Notes under the pieces: model-generated
The model's database searches: none
The model's input: the letters and a program-made list of their open reading frames with translations, nothing else
What the model was told of the DNA's origin: nothing
From: Bosea sp. (in: a-proteobacteria)
GTDB lineage: Bacteria; Pseudomonadota; Alphaproteobacteria; Rhizobiales; Beijerinckiaceae
Length of the DNA stretch: 64,000 nucleotides
Direction of reading: 5' to 3'
Assembly (NCBI GenBank): GCA_039808685.1
Contig: JBDHTM010000014.1
Coordinates: forward strand, 1,617 to 65,616
Translations under genes and position numbers: made by a program
In this document: positions 29,653 to 42,596 of the stretch, piece by piece
Numbering within the stretch: the first letter of the stretch is position 1
How the letters are laid out: each line of letters begins with the position of its first letter

Positions 29653-31182
29653 TCATTCAGCAAATATGCTCGACAACAGCGGCGGAATCGCCTCGGGCAG
29701 GTCATCGGCGATCAATCCCATTCCCAGCTTTTCACCGGCAAGTCCATGCAGCCAGACGGCCGCGCAGCTCGCCTCGAAAGCCGGCATGCCCTGGCTCAGA
29801 AGGCCGCAGATCAGCCCCGCCAGGACATCGCCGGACCCTGCCGTCGCCAGCGCCGGCGACCCCGTCGCGTTGATCGCAGCCGTACCGTCGGGCGAAGCGA
29901 TGACCGTATCGGCGCCCTTGTAGACGACGACCGCCCCGGACAGGGCCGCAGCCTTCCGTGCCTTCTCAAGCTTCGAAGACTCCGCGGCGATGACGGGATC
30001 ATGCGCGAACAGGCGCCGGAACTCGCCCTCATGCGGCGTCAGCACGGCTTCGCCGCCACGGCCCTGAAGAAGACTGACGCCTCGATCGGGAAAGCCGGCA
30101 AGCGCGGTCAGCGCATCGGCATCGAGCACCATGGGCCTGTCATCCGCGATCACGGCTCGCACCAGCTTCTGCGCGCGTACGCCGAGCCCGAGCGCGGGAC
30201 CGGCGAGAACGGCCGAAACCCGACGGTCCCGGAGGAATGTTTCCAGCGCGACACGATCGGCGACCGCGCGCTGCATCAGCGCATCCGGCCCGCGCACGGC
30301 ATGGATCGGCAAGGCCTCGGACTCGCACAGCAAGGTCGCCAACCCGGCGCCGATCCGCAGCGCGGCGCGCGCACTCAGCCGCGGCGCCCCCGCGCCTGCG
30401 ATGCCACCGGCAAGCACTGCGACCGCGCCGCGCCGGAACTTGTGCGTATCGTCGTCATGTTCCGGCCAGGCATGGCGCCAAAGCGCCGGATCGTTGCGGA
30501 ATGCCGTCGGCTGGACCGCTTCGAGCACCGCCTGGGCGGGGATACCGATATCGGCGACCGTCACCGGGCCGCAGAGCGACCGCCCCGGCTGGAGCAGATG
30601 CCCAGGCTTGAGCCGGAAGAAGGTGACGGTCTCGCTCGCCTTGACGGACACGCCGTCCGCCCGGCCGGTATCGCCGGACACACCACTCGGAATATCGACG
30701 GCGACGACCGGGCCGCCCGCCTTGTTGAGGAAGTCCGCAGCCTCGGCGAAGGCGCCCTCCAACGGACGCGTCAGACCGGCGCCGAACATGGCATCGACAA
30801 AGACATCGCCCTGCATCTCGTGGAGCCTGTCCGACGGCTCGGCCGGACCGGCCCAACGCTTCAGCGCAATGGCAGCGTCGCCCCTGAAGCCATCCACTCC
30901 GCCTGGCAGTACGACGCGCACCGCCAGCCCTCGCTCGCGCAACAGGCGCGCCGCGACGAAACCGTCACCGCCGTTGTTGCCGGGCCCGCAGAGCAGCGTG
31001 ACGGCCCCTCCCGTCCCTGCCCGTCTGAAGGCCGCCTCCGCCACCGCGCGGCCGGCGCGTTCCATGAGCTCGATGCCGGGAATGCCCGCCGCGATCGCGA
31101 CACGGTCTGCAGCGCCCATCTGCTGCGTGGTCAGCAGGGCGAGTTCCGCCCTGCCCCTCATCTCGGTGCCGGTATCGTCCAT
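29653..31182 (-). CDS. nnr: Bifunctional NAD(P)H-hydrate epimerase/dehydratase
   Basis: LMERAGRAVA, CGPGNNGGDG, VDIPSG, VLDADAL, TPHEGEF and ATAGSGDVLAG motifs. Confidence 0.94.
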   Translation of the reverse strand: MDDTGTEMRGRAELALLTTQQMGAADRVAIAAGIPGIELMERAGRAVAEAAFRRAGTGGAVTLLCGPGNNGGDGFVAARLLRERGLAVRVVLPGGVDGFRGDAAIALKRWAGPAEPSDRLHEMQGDVFVDAMFGAGLTRPLEGAFAEAADFLNKAGGPVVAVDIPSGVSGDTGRADGVSVKASETVTFFRLKPGHLLQPGRSLCGPVTVADIGIPAQAVLEAVQPTAFRNDPALWRHAWPEHDDDTHKFRRGAVAVLAGGIAGAGAPRLSARAALRIGAGLATLLCESEALPIHAVRGPDALMQRAVADRVALETFLRDRRVSAVLAGPALGLGVRAQKLVRAVIADDRPMVLDADALTALAGFPDRGVSLLQGRGGEAVLTPHEGEFRRLFAHDPVIAAESSKLEKARKAAALSGAVVVYKGADTVIASPDGTAAINATGSPALATAGSGDVLAGLICGLLSQGMPAFEASCAAVWLHGLAGEKLGMGLIADDLPEAIPPLLSSIFAE

Positions 31183-31256
31183 GCCGCATCTTCAGGCGGT
31201 ACCCGACAGGCCGCAAGTTGCGGCGGAATGCCGCTTGTGATCAACAGGTACGCAGA

Positions 31257-31296
31257 TGCTCATTTTTTGTGCTGTTTATTGCCTTTTCGTCAGGCG
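31257..31296. promoter_or_regulatory. Tandem NtrC-like binding sites upstream of glnB-glnA
   Basis: TGCTC-ATTTTTT-GTGCT (31257-31273) and TGCCT-TTTCGTC-AGGCG (31280-31296). Confidence 0.55.
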
Positions 31297-31344
31297 CCCT
31301 GACGGACGTTGCCGCATGGCGGGGCGTCGGCGCCAATGCTATGA

Positions 31345-31800
<456 letters not shown>

Positions 31801-31897
31801 GGTCGTCTTCCCACTCATTGGACAACGAGCCGCAGACCGGATTGGAGCCGGCTGCGGCAGCGTGAACGTGAATAACTGCTGGCAGAGGAATGCTGAA

Positions 31898-33307
31898 ATG
31901 AAAAGCGCCAAGGATGTCCTGAAGGCGATCAAGGACAACGACGTCAAGTATGTCGACTTCCGCTTCACCGACCCGCGCGGCAAGTGGCAGCACGTGACCT
32001 TCGACGTCGGCATGGTCGACGAGGACATCTTCGCCGAGGGCACGATGTTCGACGGCTCCTCGATTGCCGGCTGGAAGGCCATCAACGAGTCCGACATGCT
32101 GCTGATGCCGGATCCGACGACCGCGACGATGGATCCGTTCTTCTCGGCCGCCACCATGGTCATCAATTGCGACGTGCTCGAGCCCGGCACCGGCGAGCCC
32201 TATGGCCGCGATCCGCGCGGCATCGCCAAGAAGGCCGAGGCCTATCTGAAGTCGACCGGCATCGGCGACACGGTGTATGTCGGCCCCGAGGCCGAGTTCT
32301 TCGTCTTCGACGACGTCAAGATCGCCGCCGACCCGTACCACACCGCCTTCAAGCTCGATAACATCGAGCTGCCGACCAACGGCTATTCCGACTACGAGGG
32401 GGGCAATCTCGGCCACCGTATCGCCACCAAGGGCGGCTACTTCCCCGTTCCGCCGCAGGATTCGGCGCAGGACATGCGCGGCGAGATGCTGGCGGCCATG
32501 CAGTCCATGGGCGTCCATGTCGAGAAGCACCACCACGAGGTCGCCTCTGCCCAGCATGAGCTCGGCATGAAGTTCGACACGCTCGTGCACACCGCCGACA
32601 TGATGCAGGTCTACAAGTACGCGATCCACAACGTCGCCCAGAGCTACGGCAAGACCGCGACCTTCATGCCGAAGCCGATCTATGGCGACAACGGCTCGGG
32701 CATGCATGTCCACCAGTCGATCTGGAAGAACGGCAAGCCGGTCTTCGCCGGCAACAAATATGCCGACCTGTCGCAGGAGTGCCTCTGGTACATCGGCGGC
32801 ATCATCAAGCACGCCAAGTCGCTGAACGCCTTCACCAACCCCTCGACCAACTCCTATAAGCGCCTCGTCCCGGGCTACGAGGCCCCGGTCCTGCTCGCCT
32901 ATTCGGCGCGCAACCGCTCGGCTTCCTGCCGTATTCCGTGGACGACCTCGCCGAAGGCCAAGCGCGTCGAGGTCCGCTTCCCCGATCCGATGGCGAATCC
33001 CTATCTCGCCTTCGCCGCCATGCTGATGGCCGGCCTCGACGGCATCGTGAACAAGATCGATCCCGGCCCGGCGATGGACAAGGACCTCTACGACCTGCCG
33101 CCGCGCGAGCTGAAGAAGATCCCGACCGTCTGCGGCTCGCTGCGCGAGGCGCTGGAGTCGCTCAAGAAGGACAACGCCTATCTCAAGGCCGGCGGCGTCT
33201 TCAACGACGACTTCATCGAGAGCTATATCGAGCTCAAGATGCAGGATGTGGCGCGTTTCGAAATGACGCCGCACCCGATCGAGTTCGCGATGTACTACTC
33301 GTACTGA
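31898..33307 (+). CDS. glnA: Glutamine synthetase type I
   Basis: [35 protein letters not shown] and the adenylylation site DLYDLP. Confidence 0.97.
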   Translation: MKSAKDVLKAIKDNDVKYVDFRFTDPRGKWQHVTFDVGMVDEDIFAEGTMFDGSSIAGWKAINESDMLLMPDPTTATMDPFFSAATMVINCDVLEPGTGEPYGRDPRGIAKKAEAYLKSTGIGDTVYVGPEAEFFVFDDVKIAADPYHTAFKLDNIELPTNGYSDYEGGNLGHRIATKGGYFPVPPQDSAQDMRGEMLAAMQSMGVHVEKHHHEVASAQHELGMKFDTLVHTADMMQVYKYAIHNVAQSYGKTATFMPKPIYGDNGSGMHVHQSIWKNGKPVFAGNKYADLSQECLWYIGGIIKHAKSLNAFTNPSTNSYKRLVPGYEAPVLLAYSARNRSASCRIPWTTSPKAKRVEVRFPDPMANPYLAFAAMLMAGLDGIVNKIDPGPAMDKDLYDLPPRELKKIPTVCGSLREALESLKKDNAYLKAGGVFNDDFIESYIELKMQDVARFEMTPHPIEFAMYYSY

Positions 33308-33358
33308 GGCGTCTGGCCGGCGGCGTCAGCACGTCGGCCGACATTCGCAGGACGACAG

Positions 33359-33386
33359 GCCGGGGCGGCAACGCTCCGGCTTTTTT
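33359..33386 (+). terminator. Intrinsic terminator of glnBA
   Basis: GCCGGGGCG-gcaa-CGCTCCGGC followed by TTTTTT. Confidence 0.82.
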
Positions 33387-34603
33387 CAGAGGGCCTCGCC
33401 GACAAGCCGGCGGTAGCTTTCGATCGTACGCCCGACATGCCGGTCCATCGTCAGCGGATCGGCCCAGTAGCGGCGATAGGCGGCCTCGCCCATCGCGCGC
33501 GCGCGCGCATCGTCCTGCAGCCGGCCGAGCGCGGCCGAGAGCCCCGCCACATCCCCGCCATCGACGAGGATGCCATCCTCGCCGTCAACGACCCAGCTCG
33601 CGGGACCGGTGGTCCGCGCCAGGACGACCGGCACGCCGAGCGAGCGCGCCTCGGCGATCACCAAGGGCCCGGGCTCGTACCAGAGCGAAGGCAGCACGAG
33701 ACAGCGCGCCCGGGCGATCTCGTCGAAGACCTGGTCGGCTGGCACCCAGCCTCGGATCTCCGCCTCCGGATTGATCCGTGCGATCTCGCCGGCGAGCGGT
33801 CCTTCTCCGACGAAGCGAACGGGCACATCGGCATCACGAGCGGCCTGCGCGAGGACGTTCGCAGCCTTCTCCTGCGTGAAGCGCCCGAGGAATAGGGCAT
33901 GTCGGTTTCGGGCCGCGTCGATGGGCGGCCCTTGCTCCGCTTCCATCATGTTCTCGACGACGACATGGCGCGCCCGGGACGGCAGGAATGGCTCGGCGAA
34001 GCGGCGCGCGAAGTCGCTGACATGAATGAAGAGCGGCGCCTCGAGCCTGCGCATCGCCTTGTCGGAGCCGAACTGCCGGGCGACGCGGATGAGCTTGTGC
34101 AGATAGGAGGCGCGATCGCAGTTGCTGGTGATGCAACCAGCCGACATTGGCTTGTGCCGGCAGACGGCGTTGGCCTTGAAGTCGAAATAGCCGCCGACCG
34201 GGCAGAACGAGAAATAGTCGTGCAGGGTGATGGCGACGGGCAGCCCGCTCTCGCCTGCAGCCGCGATGGCGGCCGGGCTGAACGCCTTGGTCCACTGGTG
34301 CAGATGCACCAGCGTCCCGCCGCGCGGCTGGCGCGCCAGCAGATCGCTCAGAAAGCGATGAGCCTCCTCGTTCCAGATCCCCTGCCGGGCCGCGGCGACC
34401 TGGCTGCCGACCCGCCAGATCTCCTCGCCGGCAAAGCGTTCGACGCTAATGAGCGGGTGATCGAGGCGCTCGGAAACGGGACCGATCGCACAGGCGAAGA
34501 CGATCGCGACGCCGGCCTCGGCCAGCCCGCGTGCGCTTTCGATCGCCACCTTCGCGGCACCGCCATTGACCGAGCCGAAATCGCTGATGATGACCGCGCG
34601 CAC
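33386..34603 (-). CDS. Glycosyltransferase family 4
   Basis: GGAAKVA, TLHDY, FLGRFTQEK and PSLWYEPGPLVIAEA (EX7E) motifs. Confidence 0.9.
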   Translation of the reverse strand: MRAVIISDFGSVNGGAAKVAIESARGLAEAGVAIVFACAIGPVSERLDHPLISVERFAGEEIWRVGSQVAAARQGIWNEEAHRFLSDLLARQPRGGTLVHLHQWTKAFSPAAIAAAGESGLPVAITLHDYFSFCPVGGYFDFKANAVCRHKPMSAGCITSNCDRASYLHKLIRVARQFGSDKAMRRLEAPLFIHVSDFARRFAEPFLPSRARHVVVENMMEAEQGPPIDAARNRHALFLGRFTQEKAANVLAQAARDADVPVRFVGEGPLAGEIARINPEAEIRGWVPADQVFDEIARARCLVLPSLWYEPGPLVIAEARSLGVPVVLARTTGPASWVVDGEDGILVDGGDVAGLSAALGRLQDDARARAMGEAAYRRYWADPLTMDRHVGRTIESYRRLVGEAL

Positions 34604-34684
34604 GAAAGCCTCCCGCGCTCAGTGTCGCAGCGAAAGATTGAGGAAGGGCTGACACCCGTTTGAAGAGCGGCATCCGCCGCAGTC

Positions 34685-36076
34685 TTAGGAGGCCTTCGGC
34701 GAAACGCCTTCGCGCCGGAGCAGGGAGCCCAAAGTCGCGATGACTGGCGGGATGCAGAGCAGGAAGACCGCCAGGGACACAAGCAAGGACGTTTGCGGCA
34801 TGCCGGCATTGGCGCCCGCGGCGATGGCAAGTGCGGCGAGAGCGCTGCCCAGCGTGAGGCCATGCCAGCGGAACGGCATCGACAGGAACACCGGCAGGCC
34901 CGTGACGGCCGCCAGGGCAGCGCCCCCGGCGCCGCCATAAAGCAGTCCGGCAAGCGAGCCGCCCGACAAACTCCAGCCGACGAGCGAGCCGAGATTGAGA
35001 AGGACCGCATCGGCAATGGCGAGCCCGATGATCGGCCGCAGGCGCTGCCGGAGATGCGCTGGTGTCGGCAGCAGGGTCTGCACCAGGGCGCGCAGCAAGG
35101 CCAGGATGGTGACGATCGGAGCAGCAAGCAGGAAGGAAGCGCGCAGCTCCGCCTTGACCAGCCAGGAAGCGGCCGGGGCGATCAGGCACAGGATCGCCGC
35201 CGCCGTCACGAACGAGCAGCCGACGAGCAGCCCGTAATAGTCGCCGAGCCGCAGGCGAAACGTCGGCGAGCCGGGCTCGCGATCATAATCGGCGACCAGG
35301 TCCGGGTAGCGGACGGCGTGGAGCGCCGAAACCACCAGAATGAACGGGCGCTGCAGGAGATCGAGCGCCAGCAGGGCCCCAGCCGCGGCGCGACTGCCGA
35401 TCACCGCGCTCAGCAGCGCCTTGAGCCCGAGCAACGCCAGGATGCCCGCGATGGAAGCCCCGGAGGAAACCCCGCCATAGGTAAGGTGCCTCATCAGCAG
35501 GTCGCGCGGCGGCCGCCTGAGTCCGGTAGCGAAGGCCCCTCCTGTCAGCCGCGCCACCACGCCATAGACGACATACCCGGCCAGCACGCCCGCGACCGCG
35601 CCTGCCAGCGTGGGGTCCAGGACGGCCCCGCCGACCGTCCCTGCGGCGAGGATGGAGGCACGAGTGACTTGCAGGATCGAGAACAGCCGAAAATCCTGGC
35701 GGAAGCGCAGCATTGTCAAGTGCAATTCGGCGCCGCCCTGGAACACCGCGACGAGGGTGGCGCAGAGTGCGATCCAGGCCGGCGCAGCGCCCGATCCCGA
35801 AATTCCCGCCCCCACCAGAAGACACAGCACGGCGCAGACCCCGAAGGAATAGAGGATCACCGAGCGTTGCGCCGTCTCGTCCGTGCCCGGATAGAAGCGG
35901 CTGCAGGAGAAGCGCAGCCATTCGAAAGCGACGATGCTGCCGAACTGGCTGATCGTGACGAAGAGCGAATAATAGGTGAAGTCCTGGGCCGGCAGGAGGC
36001 GCGAGACCAGCAGCAGAAGCCCGAGCGCGAGCAAGGCCTGGTAGGCATAGGCAGCGAGAGCGACGATCTGGCCCAT
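34685..36076 (-). CDS. Polysaccharide biosynthesis membrane protein (Wzx-like flippase)
   Basis: Many hydrophobic segments, an N-terminal SRLLPAQDFTYYSL pattern and an adjacent GT4 gene. Confidence 0.65.
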   Translation of the reverse strand: MGQIVALAAYAYQALLALGLLLLVSRLLPAQDFTYYSLFVTISQFGSIVAFEWLRFSCSRFYPGTDETAQRSVILYSFGVCAVLCLLVGAGISGSGAAPAWIALCATLVAVFQGGAELHLTMLRFRQDFRLFSILQVTRASILAAGTVGGAVLDPTLAGAVAGVLAGYVVYGVVARLTGGAFATGLRRPPRDLLMRHLTYGGVSSGASIAGILALLGLKALLSAVIGSRAAAGALLALDLLQRPFILVVSALHAVRYPDLVADYDREPGSPTFRLRLGDYYGLLVGCSFVTAAAILCLIAPAASWLVKAELRASFLLAAPIVTILALLRALVQTLLPTPAHLRQRLRPIIGLAIADAVLLNLGSLVGWSLSGGSLAGLLYGGAGGAALAAVTGLPVFLSMPFRWHGLTLGSALAALAIAAGANAGMPQTSLLVSLAVFLLCIPPVIATLGSLLRREGVSPKAS

Positions 36077-36241
36077 CGGCGCGCTGTTTCGCTCAGCGCT
36101 GGTCGGACGCGCGGGCGGAAAACCTCACGCCGCTATCGACCGAACGGGAAAACGTGACGGAAACAAGACACATCCAATCGCCCTCCGGCCATAGGCCTAG
36201 GGCAAAAAGGTTGATATTTCCGCGCTGCGGGAACGATGCGG

Positions 36242-36517
36242 TCAGGAGAAATGCAGGGCCGCAAGTCCGGCCGAGGCCGCGATCGCGGCAAGCCACCAGA
36301 GCCAGCGCGCCGCATGCAAATCGGGCGCCGCTAAAGGCGTGCCGATAACGTCCTCATGACCGAAGGACTCGCCGGCCAAGCGTGCGGCACGCTGCAACCC
36401 CGCGATACCCGCAACCGGCACTGACTGACGCGACGCCACGGCCATCTCCCCTATAGGCCGATCATAGCGCATTGCGGAAATCCGCATAGGCTTGATCGCG
36501 TTGATCATCCTCGGCAT
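36242..36517 (-). CDS. Possible small membrane protein (start uncertain)
   Basis: Occupies an otherwise empty 640-bp gap; C-terminal hydrophobic WLWWLAAIAASAGLAALHFS. Confidence 0.35.
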   Translation of the reverse strand: MPRMINAIKPMRISAMRYDRPIGEMAVASRQSVPVAGIAGLQRAARLAGESFGHEDVIGTPLAAPDLHAARWLWWLAAIAASAGLAALHFS

Positions 36518-36519
36518 TG

Positions 36520-36539
36520 ATGGTTAACGCGGCCTGAAC
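36520..36539. promoter_or_regulatory. CtrA-like binding site
   Basis: TTAA-CGCGGCC-TGAAC (one mismatch to TTAA-N7-TTAAC), overlapping a minus-strand TTAACCAT. Confidence 0.55.
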
Positions 36540-36718
36540 GCGTCCGTTCCGTCCCGCTGTTGCGCATTCCGGCGACAGGGATGTGACAGGATCGGGCACC
36601 CGAGTGCGGAGGCGGTTCCGATCGGTGGATCAGGCGGCTATAAGCTGCCCCTGACAAGGCGCGACCTCCCGCAATGCGCTAGAGTTTATAGTCGCGAATC
36701 AGGAAGAATCGGTTGGCA

Positions 36719-38794
36719 ATGGCGGATAACGGCGATCTTTTCGGTTCGGAGCGGTCCGACGCGGCAAGCCCGCGGCCGGAAGCGCGCCCGCCCGCCGCAG
36801 CCCCGAAGGCAGCGCCAGCGCCTGCGGCCCCTGCCCGCAACGGCACCTTATCCGAGGCCGGCTATGACGCTTCGGCCATCGAAGTCCTCGAAGGGCTGGA
36901 GCCGGTCCGTCGCCGGCCAGGCATGTATATCGGCGGCACCGACGAGCGCGCCCTGCACCACCTCTTCGCCGAGGTGATCGACAACGCCATGGACGAGGCG
37001 GTGGCGGGTCATGCCACCTTCATCGATGTCGAATTGTTCGAGGACGGCTCGATCGCCGTCACCGACAATGGCCGCGGCATCCCGGTCGATCCGCACCCGA
37101 AATTCCCCGGCAAATCGGCGCTCGAAGTCATCATGACCACGCTCCATGCCGGCGGAAAATTCGACTCCAAGGCCTACGAGACCTCGGGCGGCCTGCACGG
37201 CGTCGGCGTCTCCGTCGTCAACGCGCTATCCGATCGGCTGGAGGTCGAGGTCGCGCGCGGCAAGACGCTCTACCGCCAAGTCTTCTCGCGCGGCCTGCCG
37301 CAGGGACCGCTGGAGACGGTCGGCGCCGTTGCCAACCGGCGAGGCACCAGGGTCCGTTTCCACCCCGACGCGCAGATCTTCGGCGAGGGCGCGCATTTCT
37401 CGCCTGCCCGCCTGTTTCGCATGGCGCGCTCGAAAGCCTATCTCTTCGGCGGCGTCGAGATCCGCTGGACCTGCGCGCCGTCGCTGCTGAAGCCCGAGGG
37501 CGATGTCGCGGCCGAAGCCGTGTTCCGCTTCCCCGGAGGCTTGCGCGACTATCTCGGCCGCGAGATCGAGGGCAAGGACCTCGTCGCCGAGCCGATCTTC
37601 TCCGGCAAGATCACCAAGGAAGGCAGCCATGGCTCGCTCGAATGGGCGGTGGCCTGGCTTGCGACCGGCGAGGACGGCTTCTCCTCCTCATACTGCAACA
37701 CGATCCCGACGCCCGAGGGCGGTACCCACGAGCAGGGCCTGCGCATCGCCCTGCTGCGTGGCCTGCGCGACCATGCCGAGCGCATCGGCCAATCCAAGCG
37801 CATGGCGCAGGTCACCTCCGACGACGTGATGGCGACCTGCGCCGCCATGCTCTCGGTCTTCATCCGCGAGCCGGAATTCCAGGGGCAGACCAAGGACAAG
37901 CTCGCGACGCTGGAAGCCTCCCGCATCGTCGAAGGCGCGGTGCGCGACGCCTTCGACCACTGGCTCGCCGCCGCCCCTCAGCAGGCTTTGCGCCTGCTCG
38001 ACTGGTCGGTCGACCGCGCCGAGGAGCGCCTGCGCCGGCGTCTCGAAAAGGAGGTCTCGCGCAAGACCGCGACGCGCAAGCTCCGGCTGCCCGGCAAGCT
38101 CGCCGATTGCTCGAATGCGGGCGCGGCAGGTTCCGAGCTCTTCATCGTCGAGGGCGATTCGGCCGGCGGCTCGGCCAAGCAGGCACGCAATCGCTCGAAC
38201 CAGGCGATCCTTCCCCTGCGCGGAAAAATCCTCAATGTTGCCAACGCGACACGCGAGAAACTTCATCAAAACCAGCAACTCGCCGACCTGATCTTGGCGC
38301 TCGGCTGCGGCATCGGCACCCAGTTCCGCGAGGACGACCTGCGCTACGAAAAGGTCATCGTGATGACCGACGCCGATGTCGACGGCGCCCATATCGCCTC
38401 GCTGCTCGTCACCTTCTTCTGGCGCCAGATGCCGCGCCTGATCGAGAAGGGGCATCTCTATCTCGCCGTGCCGCCGCTCTACCGGCTCCAGCACGGCGGC
38501 AAGAGCATCTATGCCCGCAACGATGCCCATAAGGACGAGCTGCTGGAGACGGTGTTCAAGGGCAAGAAGCCGGAAATCTCGCGCTTCAAGGGCCTGGGCG
38601 AGATGATGCCGCAGCAGCTCAAGGAAACCACCATGGATCCGAGCAAGCGCATCCTGCTCAAGGTCATGGTCGATCACGAGGCCAAGGAGGAGACCTCCGA
38701 CACGGTCGAGCGCCTGATGGGCAACAAGCCGGAGGCGCGCTTCGTCTTCATCCAGGAGAGGGCCGCCTTCGCCGGCGAGCTGATCGACCTGTGA
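36719..38794 (+). CDS. parE: DNA topoisomerase IV subunit B
   Basis: [55 protein letters not shown] and RFKGLGEM; lacks the GyrB insert. Confidence 0.93.
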   Translation: MADNGDLFGSERSDAASPRPEARPPAAAPKAAPAPAAPARNGTLSEAGYDASAIEVLEGLEPVRRRPGMYIGGTDERALHHLFAEVIDNAMDEAVAGHATFIDVELFEDGSIAVTDNGRGIPVDPHPKFPGKSALEVIMTTLHAGGKFDSKAYETSGGLHGVGVSVVNALSDRLEVEVARGKTLYRQVFSRGLPQGPLETVGAVANRRGTRVRFHPDAQIFGEGAHFSPARLFRMARSKAYLFGGVEIRWTCAPSLLKPEGDVAAEAVFRFPGGLRDYLGREIEGKDLVAEPIFSGKITKEGSHGSLEWAVAWLATGEDGFSSSYCNTIPTPEGGTHEQGLRIALLRGLRDHAERIGQSKRMAQVTSDDVMATCAAMLSVFIREPEFQGQTKDKLATLEASRIVEGAVRDAFDHWLAAAPQQALRLLDWSVDRAEERLRRRLEKEVSRKTATRKLRLPGKLADCSNAGAAGSELFIVEGDSAGGSAKQARNRSNQAILPLRGKILNVANATREKLHQNQQLADLILALGCGIGTQFREDDLRYEKVIVMTDADVDGAHIASLLVTFFWRQMPRLIEKGHLYLAVPPLYRLQHGGKSIYARNDAHKDELLETVFKGKKPEISRFKGLGEMMPQQLKETTMDPSKRILLKVMVDHEAKEETSDTVERLMGNKPEARFVFIQERAAFAGELIDL

Positions 38795-38953
38795 AGGCTG
38801 AGCCCTGCATGTTTGCGGGGCTGGGGCTCAAGCCCGGCGGGCTGCCTCACGCAACCTTTCCCGGCAGGGTTCGCGCATGTCGAACCTTCCCCACAAACCG
38901 GGCCAGCATGACCGCCGCCACCATGCCATCGCTCGGGACTGGCCGCTGACGGC

Positions 38954-39895
38954 ATGGGCGAGCCTGCTTCCCCTCCATCTCGACGCGACGGCGATCTGGC
39001 ATCGCCGGCCGGACAGGTCTCCTGGAACGACATCCGGATCTTCAACGCCATCGCCGTCGGCGGGTCGATGGCCGTGGCGGCGACGCAGCTAGGCCTGAGC
39101 GAGGCGACCGTCGCGCGCCGGCTGAAAGGCTTCGAGGCCGAACTCGGACTGCAGCTCTTCACACGCGAGGCCAACCGGCTCGTGCCGACCGCGACCGGCA
39201 AGGAGCTTGCGGCCGAGGCCGCCCTCGTCGAGACCGCCGCCAGGCGCTTCGCCATCCGCGCCGACGCGGCCCGCCCGCGCGCCAACGCGCCGGTCCGCAT
39301 CACCGCGACGACCTCCATCAGCCTGCTCCTGACGATGAACGCGACCGCGATCTCGCAAGCGGCGGGCGGGGTCGAGATCGTCATCATCTCGACGCGCAAG
39401 CGGCTCGACCTGGCGCGCGGCGAGGCCGATATCGCGCTGCGGATGACCCGGGTTCCGGGCGAGCCCGGCCATTACGCCCAGAAGGTCGGGCGTCTTATGC
39501 AGGCGCTCTATGTCCGCCGCGACGTCGATCCCGCAACCGCGCCGATCATCTCGGTCAATCGCGAGACCTCCTCGCGGATCGACGACCACATCATGGCCTA
39601 TGCCGCCGGCCGGCCGATCGCCGCGCGCGTCGGCGATTCCGCGGCGCGCTACGAGAGCATCCGCTCGGCCGGAGCGTTGTCGATGGCCCCTTGCTTCATG
39701 GGCGATGCCGATCCGACCTTGCGCCGCCTCCAGCCGCCGCCCGAGCTGACCGGCGATGACATCTTCCTCGTCTCTCACGACGTTTCGCGCCGCAGGCCCG
39801 GCGTCGCCGCCGTGCTGAGCGCCCTGCGCAAATTGTTCAAGGAACATCAGGCTCGGCTGGCCGGTCTGATTGCCGACAAGGCCGGCGAGTCCTAA
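38954..39895 (+). CDS. LysR-family transcriptional regulator
   Basis: SWNDIRIF...GSMAVAATQLGLSEATVARRL...LFTR HTH; DLARGEADIALR. Confidence 0.88.
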   Translation: MGEPASPPSRRDGDLASPAGQVSWNDIRIFNAIAVGGSMAVAATQLGLSEATVARRLKGFEAELGLQLFTREANRLVPTATGKELAAEAALVETAARRFAIRADAARPRANAPVRITATTSISLLLTMNATAISQAAGGVEIVIISTRKRLDLARGEADIALRMTRVPGEPGHYAQKVGRLMQALYVRRDVDPATAPIISVNRETSSRIDDHIMAYAAGRPIAARVGDSAARYESIRSAGALSMAPCFMGDADPTLRRLQPPPELTGDDIFLVSHDVSRRRPGVAAVLSALRKLFKEHQARLAGLIADKAGES

Positions 39896-39996
39896 ACTCG
39901 TCTGCAATCCGGCAAGACTTGGCTAACCATCCTTTTACTGCTCAAGGCGCATGATGACGCAAAGCTCGTGATGTCACGGGCCGCGGAGAGTGCGCC

Positions 39997-40257
39997 ATGC
40001 GCCTGATCGAACTGTTCTGGAAGGACAATCGCGGCACGCTTGCCGCCGACATCGCCAAGGCGGGAGCGGCCATCGCCTTCCTATCGGTCATCGCGGCCAA
40101 TTTCCTGTCGAGCCAGACCGCCTCGCTCGACAAGGAACGCATGGCTCAGGTCAGCCTCGCCGCCGCTAAGCGCCAATCGGTCGATCCGATGGTCACCGGC
40201 TCGATCGGCCAGACCGCGAACGCAACGAAGCTCGATCCCTGCGCCCTGCCCCGCTGA
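39997..40257 (+). CDS. Small membrane-anchored hypothetical protein with Flp/TadE-like leader
   Basis: RBS GGAGAG; FWKDNRG followed by a hydrophobic helix; DPMVTGSI motif. Confidence 0.65.
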   Translation: MRLIELFWKDNRGTLAADIAKAGAAIAFLSVIAANFLSSQTASLDKERMAQVSLAAAKRQSVDPMVTGSIGQTANATKLDPCALPR

Positions 40258-40262
40258 GGCGA

Positions 40263-40958
40263 TCAGCCGAGCCAGCGCAGCAACTCCGTCGTCACCGCTT
40301 CGGGCGCTTCCAGTGTCGACAGATGCCCGCAGCCGGGCACGATCGCGAGCCGCGCACTCGCGCCGACCAGCCCGGCCATCTCCCGCGCCTCCGCGACGGG
40401 CGTGATGTCATCCTCCTGCCCGACCAGCACCAGCACCGGGATCGCCAATCCGCTCAGCACCGGCCGTGAATCCGGCCGCTTCATGATCGCCTTCTGCTGG
40501 CGCACAAAACCATCGACCCCAACTTCGTCGGCCATCTGCCGCACGAGGAGGCGCAAGGGCTCGTCGATCAGGCGTGCCGGCGCCACCAGCCGCTGCCAGA
40601 GCAGCGTGGTGACATTGTCGAAGGCGCCTTTGTCCGCCAGCGCGATCATCTGCTCGCGGGGGGCGTTCGTTTCCGGCGTCGCCGGCTTGGCGCTGGTGTC
40701 GAGCAGGGCGAGCCGCGTCACCCGCTCCGGCGCCTGCCGCAGCACCTCGAACGCGACATAGCCGCCCATGGACAGGCCACCGAGCGCGAAACGCGGGGGT
40801 GCAGCCGCAAGCAGTCGCTTCACGACGGCTGAAAGCGTGTCGTCGCGGGCATGATCGGCGACCAGGATCGGGCGGCCATCGGCGAGTGCAGGCCATTGCG
40901 GGGCGTAGAGCGCGGCGTTGCAGCTCAGGCCGGGAACGAGAACCAGCGGCTCCTTCAT
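40263..40958 (-). CDS. Alpha/beta fold hydrolase
   Basis: GLSMGG nucleophile elbow, VGQEDD acid and CGHLS catalytic His. Confidence 0.9.
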   Translation of the reverse strand: MKEPLVLVPGLSCNAALYAPQWPALADGRPILVADHARDDTLSAVVKRLLAAAPPRFALGGLSMGGYVAFEVLRQAPERVTRLALLDTSAKPATPETNAPREQMIALADKGAFDNVTTLLWQRLVAPARLIDEPLRLLVRQMADEVGVDGFVRQQKAIMKRPDSRPVLSGLAIPVLVLVGQEDDITPVAEAREMAGLVGASARLAIVPGCGHLSTLEAPEAVTTELLRWLG

Positions 40959-41120
40959 GAGGTTAAAGCAGTCCTTTCATGGCTAGATGATTGACTTTGC
41001 CGCGTTTTATTTGCATTCCACACGAGTCCGCAGGCGCGCAGGAACTGTCGTCGCGCCAACGTGGTGGTTGAGCAGGTCATCCCGCCGCGTTTCACCGACC
41101 CAGAAGAAGCAGCATACGCG

Positions 41121-42596
<1,476 letters not shown>

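Noticed and set aside
36540-36718. LexA box upstream of parE
   Set aside because: GTTC and GAAC words are present but none has the N7 direct-repeat spacing.
38795-38953. Possible missing divergent target gene or small ORF before the LysR gene at 38954
   Set aside because: No recognisable coding remnant was found. The 38877-39092 ORF overlaps the LysR gene and shows no motif.
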